Of a DNA stretch of 64,000 nucleotides, positions 27,101-40,572 are shown one piece after another. Within the stretch, counting starts at the first letter, position 1, and every line of letters begins with the position of its first letter. Under the pieces are notes generated by a model that was not told the DNA's origin, ran no database searches, and worked only from the letters and a program-made list of their open reading frames with translations. This DNA is from Octopus vulgaris (Eukaryota), in NCBI GenBank assembly GCA_951406725.2, contig OX597818.1:73408001-73472000 (forward strand), read 5' to 3'. A program made the position numbers and the translations under genes.

Positions 27101-28299
27101 TATATATATACATATATATCTATATGTGCATATCTAACTATCTTTCCTTCCCTCCCTTTCTCTATATTTGTGTGTGTATGTGTACATATTATTTTAATGT
27201 GAAGTTTCTTCGTGCACGGACACATATATTCATAGATATATGCATTCATATATAATATAATCGCAACAATAATGAAGAAAAATAATCGTTGAACTTTCGA
27301 AATAATGAAATGAATTTTATATTGTATTCAATCAATCATTTTGTTTTATCCATTGCAAAATAATTTAGCTAATAACTTAGCCGAAAGCTTTGCTTTAATT
27401 GCACAATCTTAATAGTAGGACACTAAAACTTAGTTGAATAATTAGAAAAAAAATGCGAAATCAATGTCTCCGGGAGGAATACAATGAGAAAAGTTGATTA
27501 CAGTTGTTTTCTTTGCAACTCTTAAAGAAATCGTTACACATAAACAAACATATGGAATAATATTGTTGAGAATTGTGAAGTCGGTTAGCAACTTCATCAT
27601 TTACGTCTATGTTTACATGTGCTTACAGACACACACATACATATAGTTTAGATGATGCACACACACAAGACTTTTGGTCTTTGAGTCAGTCTGTTACATC
27701 TGCTGTGTGTGTGTATATATATATACATACGTACACATAATATATATATATACATAAATATATATATAATAGATATTGTTATATTCGTGGATGGTCATGT
27801 CTCCAGTTTAGCCAATGAAAACACACGCACTGTATATTTATGTTCAATTGCTTCAGCTTTATTTTATATTAATTGTATGTCAGTTTGAGTTCTTTCGTCA
27901 CACTGCCGTGACCTCATCTTCGCTTCCTTCTTTCTTTTTTGTGTTTCTCCTTACTAACGATTTGCCATTTTGTACTCCTATTGTATATGTCTTTATTTGC
28001 ACATGCGTATATCCCTATGTGTGCCTAAGCTTAGTAAGTGAGTGTGTGGAGGGATGTGCTTGCATTATCAGTATCCCTTGTTTATGCACGTTCGTTTAAT
28101 TTATTTTTATTTGTTTTATTTATCTGTTTATATCTTGTTACATTTTCTTTTCTTTCTTTTTTGTATTAATTTAATTTAACTTAATTTATTTTGTTTATTT
28201 ATATAGAAGTTACAATCTTGTCCACACATAGAACAGACGCAATGCTTAGACAAATTACGGAAGCTACACACATAATAGAAGATATACCTAGCCTGAATA

Positions 28300-29255
28300 G
28301 AAAACTAGAATGGGACACTAACACAAACTCCCAACACATCACAACCTATGACAGAATAAGATACCCATAAGCTTATAATAATATGAATATAACACAATAC
28401 ACAGATAAAGAAATTAAATTAAATGTTATATGTACAACATATCGTCCACAAGATGCTCTAAATCACACAGTTTGAAGACTGCCTCACAAAGACAGAAGTT
28501 CTCACCAAACTGGAGCAACACATCACTTTATTCCTTTTGAATGACCTTAACATCCCCAACATTGGATGGCCCGAGGGCCTAGTACACTGCCAACAAAAAC
28601 AGGTAGAATTCTTACTCCACCTTACCCATGCTTCATTCATGGAGCAAATTTTGCTGCAACCAGCCTGGGCAAATAATCTACTGGATCTCTGCTTCATGTA
28701 CAATATGGTCATCAATCATAATGTGAAAGTATCACCAATACAAGTCTCGGATCAAAACATAATACAGCTGTCTATGTATGGATCAAATGCCCCTACAGAC
28801 ATACAACCTAAACAAAGCACTCGAAATCACTCGAGTCTGAACTTTCATAAAGCTAACTGGAAGTCGATTGAGAAAGAGATCTTCAAACAGGATTGGCATA
28901 AGTATCCATCCACACCAGACAAGCTCCCAGGCAAATTGAAGGCGGCAATAGTATGCACTATTCACAAAGGAGGAAACAGAGCAGATGCTAGAAATTTTAA
29001 GCCTCTGACCTCACGCATCAGCAAAATCATGGATCGAAAATTCCGCAGGAAACACTTATTGCGTTCCTTGAAGACAATTACTTGCTGACTGACACTCTAC
29101 AGGGTTTTTCGACCAGATAGAAGCTGCCTGACACACCTTTTACAACATAACGCCTGGGTGTTAAAGCAGCTGCTCAACAACTCGAATGTAGAATGTGATA
29201 TATTTTTATTTTCCAAATACTTTTGATAAAGTCGACCATGGCATGATATGTTACA
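28300..29255 (+). mobile_element. CR1-like LINE fragment (APE endonuclease and RT start) with internal deletion
   Basis: YRP, DLNIPNIGW, NLLDLCF, SDQNII, NFHKANW; then IHKGGNRADARNF, LTSRISKIMDR, GFRPDRSCLTHLL, FDKVDH. Confidence 0.85.
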
Positions 29256-29449
29256 TTTTCTATACAAAAATGTTTTTTCAACCGAATATTTACATAGTAT
29301 TATATCTCTATGCGTTTGCTTCGAATTATATTATTCCAAAAATGATATATTATTTTTAAAATCAATTATATATGTGTGTATGTGTATATTTGTGAATTTT
29401 GTGTGTGTTGTGTGTGTGTGTGTTTGCGCGCGTCTATGTGTATATGTGT

Positions 29450-29890
29450 ATATTAATCCAAAATGGAACAAGGACGCAACAGACGACAATAAATCATCCT
29501 GACGGATAGACGATTCAAGGATGAACGGGAAAAATCAAGGATGGGTTATTCACAGTCTTCTTTCATCAGTCAAGTTTCCAAATCATCCTTACAGTTTCGG
29601 CTGGTTACACTTGAGACTGCTCAAATATGACTCGGCCCAAAAATCTAAGCTAAGAGTATTACATTTTGGGGGAGAAAGCTAGCAAATATGTAGGACAACA
29701 AATACAAAATAAAAACGGAGATGTTATACAATTAAAAATACAAGCAACAAGAAATTAACAGGTGTCTTTCGACTAATAAAGACAAATGAAATTCAGCTGG
29801 TGTGTGTAGAGTTAAAGCCTTGAGACTGGAACATAGAAGATGAGCATAAGAGATGAAAGGCATGAGACAGGAATATAAGAGAGAGAAAGA
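29450..29890 (-). mobile_element. Diverged copy of the 766-bp non-coding element family
   Basis: Shares TCATCAGTCAAG...TTTCGGCTG...CTTGAGA...CTAAGCTAAGAG...GTCTTTCGAC...CAGCTGG blocks with 60005-60864 and 63765-64000; strand assignment inferred. Confidence 0.7.
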
Positions 29891-29934
29891 TAAATTATTT
29901 ATATGTGTGTGTGTGTGTGTATTTATGTGTGTAT

Positions 29935-30140
29935 GTTTTTGTGTTTGTGTTTGTACCCCCACCTAATCATTTGACAAACGATGTTGGCGTGTTTACGTTC
30001 CTGTAACTAAGTGGTTCAGCAAAAAAGGACCGATAGAATAAATAATAGGTCGTGGGGTCGATTTCTTCGACTAAAACCCTTTAATTCGGTGCTCCAGCAT
30101 GGCCGCAATTAAATGACTGAAACAAGTAAAAGAATAAAAG
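29935..30140 (+). mobile_element. SINE family A 3' part
   Basis: TTTGACAAACGATGTTGG...CCGATAGAATAA...GTGCTCCAGCATGGCCGC...AATGACTGAAACAAGTAAAAG. Confidence 0.85.
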
Positions 30141-30173
30141 ATTACATGCCCGCATACTTATATACATACCTAT

Positions 30174-30399
30174 TTCTTTATTACCCACAAGGGGCTAAAC
30201 ACAGAGAGGACAAACAAGGACAGACATAGGTATTAAGTCGATTACATCGACACCAGTGCGTAACTGGTACTTAATTTATCGACCCCGAAAAGATGAAAGG
30301 CAAAGTCGACCTCCGCGGAATTTGAACTCACAACGTAACTCAGACGAAACACCGCTAAGCATTTCGCCCGGCGTGCTAACGTTTCAGCCAGCTCGCTGC
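30174..30399 (-). mobile_element. Full-length SINE family B with 15-bp TSD
   Basis: A-box-like CTGGCTGAAACGTTAG, B box GAGTTCAAATTCC; TATATACATACCTAT at 30159-30173 and 30400-30414. Confidence 0.92.
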
Positions 30400-31531
30400 T
30401 ATATACATACCTATCTAACAGCCCACATACATACACACACACATACATACATACATAATCTGTTTTGTATAAGTTATCAAATATTTAGTCAAGTAAATAG
30501 TACTGATTATCAATTCAGTTTAATATTAAATTGCCGTTATATATAACTTCAAATAAAAGCAAACACTTACACGCAATGCCTGCGCACACTATACACACAT
30601 AAAATCAGATTCAGACACACGCACACAAACACACATGCATATAAACACACTTTCTTTTATGCATTTGTTACTTCTAGCCTAAGGTATGTGACATTAATGT
30701 AATACCAGGTATGCAAATGTTACTCTTTGTACAATACTTAGGTTTGTTTTTTTTTAATGAAGGAGTATGGTATACTGCCACTCCCCGTTGATTTTCGTGC
30801 CTTGTTCTTTGTTCTTTTATTGTAGATAGTAGAGTAATCTGGTGCTTCTTCAAAACATTTAAACCCTCTCCTTCATTAAATATATTCCAGCTATGGACAA
30901 TCTAGCATTTTATTTCAAAGCAGTGTTATTCACAAACTACCATTTGCAATCTTTCCTTGGCAAATTTTAAGACGGTTTTCTTAAGATATTTTTACATCTA
31001 ATTATATAATGCCATGCTATCATGCAGGAACTTTTAAACCTCCCTATGATATCCTTGTTCACTTCATACTTGTAGATGTATAGTCTTCGCGCGAATTTAT
31101 ATATACAATGACAGGCACATAAGCCTATCCATCAGATACAACTCATTTTAATCTTCTTGAAAATTAGTTTATAATACTAGTTAAGGGACGAGAAAAATAC
31201 GGCAGTGCATTCAGATAATTTTGTTATTCAGGAAGAATATGCCGCTTCTACAGTACCTTCGAAATGAAACACTTGCGGCAAGCCTAAAAACTGTGAAAAC
31301 TAACGCACACCACACAGGAATTCATAGTCAGGCATATACATACGAATACTTATCTTTTCTTATGGTGGTTGGTTTTGAATTTATATTTGTTCGTGATAAA
31401 ATCTGAGTCATCTGATAGGGGATAAAATACAAACTCAATGAGCTGATCGAATTACAGATAGCAATATATATATACATACATACATACATACATACATACA
31501 TACATACATACATACATACATACATACATGC

Positions 31532-31583
<52 letters not shown>

Positions 31584-32191
31584 GTATTTATGTGTATATA
31601 TTTCGAGAGAGTGGAAGATGGATAATGGAGTGCGATAGACAAAAGCTGACATCAGAACACTACACAGTGTTACCTCATAACCTTGATCGAATACTGATAA
31701 AACTGACGTTTTTCCATTACAAAGATTGTATCAGTTGCTACCCACACATACAGTCTTTATGTACACATAAAATAAAGGGAAAATACTTTAACAACAACAA
31801 TTACGTTTACTGTTAATCACAGAGGGATTCATAATGGTTTTTGTATTTCAAATGGAACCTCAAATCAATTTAATGTGAATCCAAAATTTGCCTTATCTTT
31901 CACCTTCAAAAGTTAATCGCTTTTTCACGATATGATAAAGCATTTGCTCTTCTCTCAGTTTTATTGCTGTCTACAGTTTTATAATGTTAGTTTAGTAAAA
32001 AATACATTACTATGTACAGCATAAATGCATTATTATTAAGAGTGGAAGATGTTGTGTGTGTGGGTATGTGTCGATGTGTATATATATGTGTGTGTGTGTC
32101 TGTCTGTCTGTGTGGGGGTGTGCGTGTGTGTGTATGTGTGTGTAAATATATACATAGAGATATGAAGAGAGAGAAAGATAATGAGAGAGGC

Positions 32192-32248
<57 letters not shown>

Positions 32249-33146
32249 GATAGATAGATAGACAAATAAACTATATCATTAAGCACCCTAACACCAGTCT
32301 CAATACTCTTGTCATTGAACTTAGCCTAGAGACTGCGAACAACATGTTTCAACTTCCCCTCTCCTTTTATAGAAAACTCATAGCTTCCAAACATGTTATT
32401 CATAGGAACTCAGCTTTATCATACAATAATGAGATAAACAAGGGATTTAGTTAGGATAATGTACGACGTATTCCTCCGGTGCTATGAAATACAAGGGCAT
32501 ACACATGCAGTTCCGTCTGCAATCAGAGAGATAGAGTCAAAGTGTACAGCGGGGAGGCGGGGATAGGAAGAAGTTGAATGATATCATAAGTAGGGACACA
32601 AGTGGTATCTGCTGTAGTTAAAATTAACAGTAAGATCAGGGATGTAGACTACCAGATAAAATGTATAGAGCCTTATTTAAGATCCGGAATGTGACAGACA
32701 ATGGAGATACTTCTCGGAGTTTAGCTGAAAGGCTAAATGTGGCACGCGCGGAAGTATTAGGACGGGAAACAGTTGCCAATACTCCATCAACATGACAGAC
32801 ATCATTATAGCGGCATGCTGCATCAAATTAGTCATCCAATCTTGACAAAAACACCCAAGAAACTCATCGTCAACACAGATGCGTAAGTCTGTCATCGTAA
32901 ATTAGACAGTGGCGATACTAAATATAAAACAAACATAGTAAATATTAGAACATTACTGCTACAACCTACGCAAGATATGCACAATGTACGCGTGTGTACG
33001 TCCGTGTAGATGAACGGACAAGTGTGGGTATAGGTAGTTATATATAGGGTAGTAAAGGGCAAGCAGGACACACAGAAATCCATAAACATAAATAAATGTA
33101 ATTATGAATAACTTCAGTACGCAAACATATATATATATATATATAT

Positions 33147-33428
33147 CACAGTGATCACCGTGACCGACCAGGCTATCAGATGTTGCTACACATCGCTGGT
33201 TACAATGCGCTTCGCATTGTTTTAGCCTCCAAATGACGCCACCCCGCTAGCTAAGCGAGCAGGCCAACAGAAGAAAGAGTCAGAGAAAGTTGTGGTGATA
33301 CAGCAGTGATCACCACCGTCCGCTGCCGGAGCTTCGTAGAGCTTTAGGTGTTTTCGCTCAAGAAACACTCAAAACGCCCGGTCTGGGAATCGAAACCGTG
33401 ATCCTACAACCACTGGGCCATTGCGCTT

Positions 33429-33430
<2 letters not shown>
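33147..33430 (-). mobile_element. SINE family C1 (head shared with C2, different tail)
   Basis: Head GCGCAATGGCCCAGTGGTT...GGTTTCGATTCCCAGACCGGGCG as at 9767; tail ends GGTCACGGTGATCACTGTGA followed by (TA)n. Confidence 0.9.
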
Positions 33431-33480
<50 letters not shown>

Positions 33481-33491
33481 ACACATACACA

Positions 33492-33584
<93 letters not shown>

Positions 33585-33726
33585 GTATATATACAAGCAC
33601 ACATGTTCACACACGAACACATTAGTGGACGCACATGCACACAACAATGCGGGAACACACGCAAACTTCCACGCAGACACTTCCCTATTTAAAAAATAGC
33701 GGGCTACATGAGACACGTCACACGTG

Positions 33727-33758
<32 letters not shown>

Positions 33759-33929
33759 GAAACACATGCGCATAAGAATGAAAACGCACAAACATACACA
33801 CATCCTAGTCAAAAAACAAACGATTAACCCATTCACAGACATGCATATGCGCACACACTCATAGCAGAACCCAAGCATATTAGTAAACACTCACACATCG
33901 GCAGTTACATATTCATGGACACTCTATGA

Positions 33930-34210
33930 TGAAATCCGTTGGTGGATAACCCGACAACAAAGAAAAGACCTCAATAAAATGTAGGCACAACAGACCTGAT
34001 GTAATGATTTGGGATGGAGAAGAAACACTTTTAGGGAAATTAGATGTCCATAAAGCTGAAATCAGAGTAAAAAGAGAATGCCTATGCTGAACTATTAAAA
34101 AATCTGCAGTTACTCTATCCAAATTACAAGTTCAGCTTTATACCTGTAATTATTGTGGTTCTGGGGTATGTAACACACTGCCTAAATACCAATGTTGAAG
34201 AATTAGGCAT
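33930..34210 (+). mobile_element. R4/Dong-like restriction-like endonuclease fragment
   Basis: IKCRHNRPDVMIWD and FIPVIIVVLGYVTHCL motifs. Confidence 0.65.
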
Positions 34211-34420
34211 GGTGAGAAGGTGTGGATGATGACGAAGAAAAGGAAAAGGGAAATAGGAAAAAAGAAGGAGTGTAGAAGTGGAACAGAAGATAGGGAAGAC
34301 GTGTTAAAGAGGAAGAGTCACAGTGAAATTGTAATCATTCACAATCAAGGTGTAGAAATGGCGTACTCCGAATGAATAGGGTAATGTAATCCGATGGTAA
34401 TAAGAATTCCTCGAATGTAT

Positions 34421-34423
34421 GTA

Positions 34424-34497
<74 letters not shown>

Positions 34498-34506
34498 CCT
34501 ACCTAC

Positions 34507-34584
<78 letters not shown>

Positions 34585-34611
34585 CTATATATATCTATAT
34601 CTATCTATCTA

Positions 34612-34647
<36 letters not shown>
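34421..34647. repeat. (TATC)n/(TA)n microsatellite
   Basis: Direct observation. Confidence 0.95.
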
Positions 34648-34651
<4 letters not shown>

Positions 34652-34759
34652 CCTGCTCGCTTAGCCAGTGGGGTGGCGTCATTCGAAGGCTAAAACAATG
34701 CGAACGCATTGTGACCAGCGATGTGTAACAACATCTGACGGTCTGGTCGGTCACGTGAT

Positions 34760-34766
<7 letters not shown>
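34648..34766 (+). mobile_element. SINE family C1 tail only
   Basis: TTGGCCTGCTCGCTTAGCCAG...CTGGTCGGTCACGTGATCACGTGA. Confidence 0.85.
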
Positions 34767-34823
<57 letters not shown>

Positions 34824-34838
34824 TATATATATATATAT

Positions 34839-35156
34839 AAATTCGGTATAAAAATCATGTTATAAAATGATCTTATAAAATCGAAGAAAACCTTAAATGA
34901 AGAATAGGTTATCTTCGATTTTATAAGAAGATTACATTATACCGAATTTTGTTCATTGCATGCAACAGGTCATTGGAAAGACCGTTAGTCAAAAGGACCA
35001 ATAAAACAAAATCGTTTTCAAATGTGTATCTATTAAACTAATTTGTATATGTTTGCTGATAACCTTATTTTTGTTCCATTCTAAACAAAACTGTCCGACG
35101 AACGGGAACGTGAAACTCTGAGTAACCGTTCTTGTGATATTGTTTGTGCTTTTTAG

Positions 35157-35158
<2 letters not shown>
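34839..35158 (+). mobile_element. Short PLE-type insertion with terminal fold-back and hammerhead relic
   Basis: Inverted repeat 34839-34950; hammerhead-like motif 35089-35130; (TA)n on both sides. Confidence 0.65.
35089..35130 (+). ncRNA. Ultra-minimal hammerhead relic
   Basis: AACUGU-CCGACGA-ACG GGAA CGU-GAAA-CUC U GAG-UA-ACCGUU; one core change (U4 to C). Confidence 0.7.
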
Positions 35159-35250
<92 letters not shown>

Positions 35251-36731
35251 TTGTATATATGTATATATACAAATATAAGGACAAGGAAGGTTAATATACT
35301 AAATTAAATAAAATAATAAAAGTATTAGTTAATAGGAAGATTAAGAGAAAGTAATTATGCTAAAATGACCTTCCATATATTCGGATAGAAGAAGACAAAA
35401 ACTGGACGTGGATAACACAGCAAAAATATACGATGAAATATTAGGTGAAAATTCGAATGGAAAAAAAAAGATTTAAGATAATTAATGAATAAGATTAATA
35501 TTATATGTACTATTTATATGCTAATTATACAAATCTATGTATTCACATGTAATAATTATCCTGCAAAAACATGTACACACACTTATATTCGTATATATAA
35601 AAATATATATAAGAACATACAGACATACGCACATATATACATACTTATGCACACATATATACCTACACAAATATCGAACATAGACGAAAAACAAAGTGAA
35701 TTTCTATACCCACATTTATGGGTAAGTTTCAGGGTTAACAGACGCAGTCACATCTTCTTGCCAGAGCTAACCTATTGCAATCCCTCAGGGACAACCTTGT
35801 ATCCCACCTAGTCTTAAATCCAAATCTATAGCAGTTACAAATGGAATATTTAGAGAGTGTCTATTAAATAAATATATAATAAATGTGTCTTTCACACTCA
35901 TTTTTATCTGTCTGTTAGTTCACTCATTTGGAGTGAACAAGTTTACACAGATGATGTGCAATTATAGAAATGAGGAACATGAACCATACTCTTTCTTTGT
36001 CTGCTTATCGTTAATATCATTATCAACACTATCATCGTTATATGTAGCAACATCATTTCTTCATAAACTTAATCTTTATCCTCACCATGACCATTATCAC
36101 AACCACCACCACACTTACCACCACTCCTACCGCCACCAGCACCAACACCACCACAACCACCGCCACCATCACCACCAGCATCACCACAAAAATCATCATC
36201 ATCATCTTTATCACAACTATCGTCACCACCACCACCATCTCCACTACCATCACCGTCATTCAAAATGTTGATATATAAATAACCGTATCCGAAATGAATA
36301 CTAATAAAAATATCACCGATAATTACTATGTAATTATAAATGCCAAACTAATTTCTATTATGCTAATTAGAATACCTCCCAATGGGGTGGAACCATAAAT
36401 AGAAAAATTCGGTGTATATTCAATCGATTATTTTCAAGTAAGAAGTAATTCATTTATAAACCAAAATCAAGGTAAATGATATTGTAACTAGGCGATATTT
36501 GAACTCGAAAATATTAACTGAAGTATCTAAATAACACTTTATAAAGTTTGAAGCGCAGGGGACTTTTCTTTCTCCTCTTCCTCTGCCTCCTCCTACTTCT
36601 GCTCCTCCTCCTGCTCCTCCTCCTGCTCCTCCTCCTCCTTCTACTCCTACTACTACTACTACTGATAATAATAACAATTATTATTATTATTATTATTATT
36701 TATTATTATTATTGTTATTATTATTATTATT

Positions 36732-37283
36732 GAGAGAGTATTGCATGCCATCAAAGCGACACTGGGGTAAAATATACGAAGCCCAGTATACCCATCATGA
36801 CTCCCCGTCTGATAAGGTCACACCAGGCACATGCATCACAACCATATGTGCACGACTTGGTGATCTCATATCAAGATTAACAGTACATGACCTTACAGGT
36901 GGGGCCCAGTTAGAATTTTCTTCTGGACAAGTAACCCATCCCACTCAAAAAGGTCCCTGAATAAGGGTTGTTTAAGGATGTTGAACGAAACACCCATGTT
37001 TCCAGAGGTGAATTATCCAAACCCCAAAGAATCCCTCTCAACACATGGCTTTGATGCTCCCCCACTACTTCTGCTTGTGATCAGAGATGCACATATCGTC
37101 AGCCACTAAGGGACATGCTCAACTGGTTAAGGTCAAATAACTGACAAGCAAATCTGTGGTATTGAGCAGAATATTTGCTGTAGTCCATCTTTTATACCAA
37201 GACAAAGCAATGTAGATGATAACACTTCCAATCAGTTAAGAACAGAAGCCGTGAGAGCCACTGCCTGGTAATGCATCAGGGCA
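36732..37283 (-). mobile_element. ~555-bp (AAT)n-embedded non-coding element, copy 1
   Basis: End-to-end homology with 55613-56153 and 58386-58940; (ATT)n on both sides; strand inferred from G-U-rich folding and the (AAT)n tail. Confidence 0.9.
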
Positions 37284-37311
37284 TTTATTATTATTATTAC
37301 TATTATTATTA

Positions 37312-37384
<73 letters not shown>

Positions 37385-37644
37385 CTTTTCTATCAGTAAT
37401 TCAAACGGACGAAGGTGAGTTGATCCTTCCCAAGGCCAAGGTCAGCTTTGGCAATGATCACTAGTTGTTGTAAACACATTTGACCTCTGCTGACCGCAAG
37501 GGTGTGACACTTCTTTTGTTTCCTGATCGCACGAGGATACGAAGCCCCGCTACTGCTACTACTACTAATATTTATGCGACAGAAGCCTATCCAGCCAGTC
37601 AACCAGCTATTCTACTTTTCTTGCTGCCGCCGTTTCCACTGCAA

Positions 37645-37802
<158 letters not shown>

Positions 37803-38024
37803 ATACAGTAAAGGCAGTAATTGACAATGGCGATAGAAGGATGTCCAGACAAAAACAGAACAACTACAACATCAGCAACACAGGTAACTACAGCCTACCA
37901 AGCAACCCATCCCTCTCAGATCTTGTGACTAGAGAAAAGCCTAGCTAGTGACAAAAAACAACAACGCTAAAAAGCACCATGGCTACAGAAATAAAGATAA
38001 ATGCAACGATTTTCGGTTTTCATA

Positions 38025-38928
38025 ATAATAATAATGATAATAATAATAATGTTCGTCCTTCGGGTTCGAAGATGACCATTGACATCATTTGGTGGAATTG
38101 CTGCTATGAGACCGGAGGTGGCTGGTGAGGCCTATCCGGGCAAGAAAGCCCCTCCCACAGGTGGGGCAGAAGTGGGTAGAGGCCGTGCTATTGGTGCAGG
38201 TGGCTCTGACTTTCCGCATCTGACGTTTCTGTTCTGCTGACTGAATCCGGCTCTCCTCGGCTGTCTTTGCTCCTGTGGTGATTGCGCTGCGCCAGGATGA
38301 GATGTCGGCAGCAAGCGTCTCCCAAGTCTCTGTGCCGATGGAGAAGTCCTTGAGAGAGACTTTAAGACTGTCCGTGAAGCGCTTTTTCTGCCCTCCGACT
38401 TTGCGTTTGCCCTGGCTGAGTTCACCGTAGAAGAGCTGTTTTGGGATGCGAGTGTCGGACATGCGGGAGACGTGGCTTGCCCATCTCAGCTGGGCCTTGC
38501 GCATGATCGTGAAGGTGCTAGGGAGATCTGCCTGCTTCAGAACTTCCGTGTCTGGGACTTTGTTCTGCCAGCGGATGGGAAGGAGGTTCCGAAAACACCT
38601 GAGGTGGAAGTGGCGCTCGTGCCTTCGGTAAGCAGTCCACGTCTCGCAGCCGTATAGTAGGGTGGTAAGCACGACTGCCCGGTAGACTTTCAGCTTGGTG
38701 TTGAGGCTGATTCCTCTCCGCTCCTTGACTTTCTTTCGCAGTCTCCCAAACGCGCTGCTTGCCTTGGAGATTCTGTTGATGATTTCAGCATCTATGTTGG
38801 CATTGCAGGAGATAGTGCTGCCCAGGTAGGTGAAGTTTTCCACCGCTCGTAGGATCCGTCCGTTCACCTTTATCTGAGGCTCATGGTATTGTTTGCCGGG
38901 GGCTGGCTGAAACATCACTTCGGTTTTC
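38025..38928 (-). mobile_element. 5'-truncated RTE-clade (BovB-like) LINE with TSD
   Basis: KTEVM..FTYLGS..RISKASSAFGRL..KLKVYRAVVLTTLLYGCETW..QLRWASHVSRM..PKQLFYGEL..CPTCGRGF..GLTSHLRSH; short 3' UTR and (ATT)n tail; TTCGGTTTTCATA at both ends. Confidence 0.95.
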
Positions 38929-39049
38929 ATACACTGAACATCTCCACCAAAGATTACAAGTGAGTAATAGAATCCCTGAGGCGTCATTGTGCATGATAGA
39001 AAGGTGTAGTTACATGTTTTTCAAATCACACCTAACATCGCAAAGAAGG

Positions 39050-40572
39050 ACAGATCAGATAGTGTAATTTTGTATACGGCTGTCCGTGTGAACTGCGCAG
39101 GGAATTGGTGCCACCCCTGCTCTGCACATGACAATGTAACCTCTGAGTCTGTGGGAGTCCTGCGGCAAGGTACACAAAGTGATCTTGGCGTCTCAAAGCT
39201 TTGGTCGGCAACCAAGGTAGGGCTGGTTTTATATTTGCGGTAGCCCTTTATATGAAAATCTCAAGTAAACACATCCGAGGTGCAAATCCTATAAATATGA
39301 TTCCCATTCTTTGCAATGATAACAACAATTTCAAACCCAAATAATGGCATAAACGCGAAGACGCTCCTGGATGTCCCGGACCCCAGATATCCCGTGCCTA
39401 GCAGTGGACCCTCAGAGGGCAATGAAGTGGAAGACTAGACTTCGCCCAGTCGTAGTCCTCTTACTGGTCAAAATATGCAACGTAAATGGTCAGTTGATAT
39501 GAACAAAAACACAATTAAGTGCCATGAACAAGCCTTGCTAGATAAGAACAAGGAAAAATGTAAAACCGTCGCAATAAGATCATTAGAAATTTGAAACCAG
39601 CTGGGTATGTTCCAGATTACTGAAAATGGTCTCACAAATAAGATAAGAATATTTCTTATTAGAGGATTTCTTAATGAGGCCCAAATGCAAACAATGCAGC
39701 CTCAGTAGTGATAACCTCCAGGAGGATAATGTAGGTGAAAATCAGCGAATGTGTAGGCAAGGTGAAGTTAGTAGAGGAGAGGTCGGTCAATGAATACAAT
39801 GTGAAGTACCCTGTATTATGAGAGGATATGAGAGAAAAACAGTTATGAGAGAGGAACGAGGATATAATAGTTACAAGAACAGTGATCAAGCACGTGAATT
39901 TGAAAAGTTTCCAGCGTAACAATTTGAAACTCGCGAAAGGTTGAAGACGCTCTGGAATGCATTCTAACAAAATATCAAACGGCAAAAAGAAACTTGATCA
40001 AATCCGCTTCAATTTTAGTAGGTGAAATGGTTGGAAAGAAAGAGGGGTAAGCAGATGGACAGAAGGAGCCATGGTAGAAGCGGAAAATTTAGCGTGGTTA
40101 TCTGAGTTGCACAGAAAAATGGTAAAAAGGGCAATGGAAAAATGCTAAAAAAAATGGTGTAAGGACATATCTTCACGCTACATACCGAATAGAAAGAAAG
40201 GAGTTAAAACTATTATCGAAACCCTAAAACAGCATGTAAAGGAAAAGTACATAAAAAGTGCAACGTTACACTGATCGTATATCGCAGTTCTAGCAAAACA
40301 GGTTGTTCTCAAATAACCACAGGCAGTTTTTAAAAGCATAGGAGGAAATACAGAATATAATATACCTCTTGAAGTAGAGGAAACCCGCTAATGTTGGAAT
40401 AACATCTGGGGATATGATATTTTCCACAACCACAGTGCTGCGTAGATTCATTTCGTGAGATCCGAACACCATCATCCGGAGCTTCGATGACAGGCCAATG
40501 AGCAAATAACAACGGAAGATGTCATTGCCCATGTATCAAAACTGCCAAACTGGAAAGCAGCAGGACCAGACT
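39050..40572 (+). mobile_element. R4/Dong-like LINE 5' portion, decayed and 3'-truncated
   Basis: RKWSVDMNK..IKC, FQITENGL, IIETLKQ, WNNIWG..HNHSA, TEDVIAHVSKLPNWKAAGPD (start of RT); the upstream GC-richer segment is probably 5' UTR. Confidence 0.75.

Noticed and set aside
32310-33100. Possible Neptune-type PLE relic
   Set aside because: Only faint motif resemblance; no convincing GIY-YIG or hammerhead core.
35885-36278. His-rich or Thr-rich ORF
   Set aside because: Degenerate (CAC/CAT)n repeat open in several frames, with no splice or domain support.
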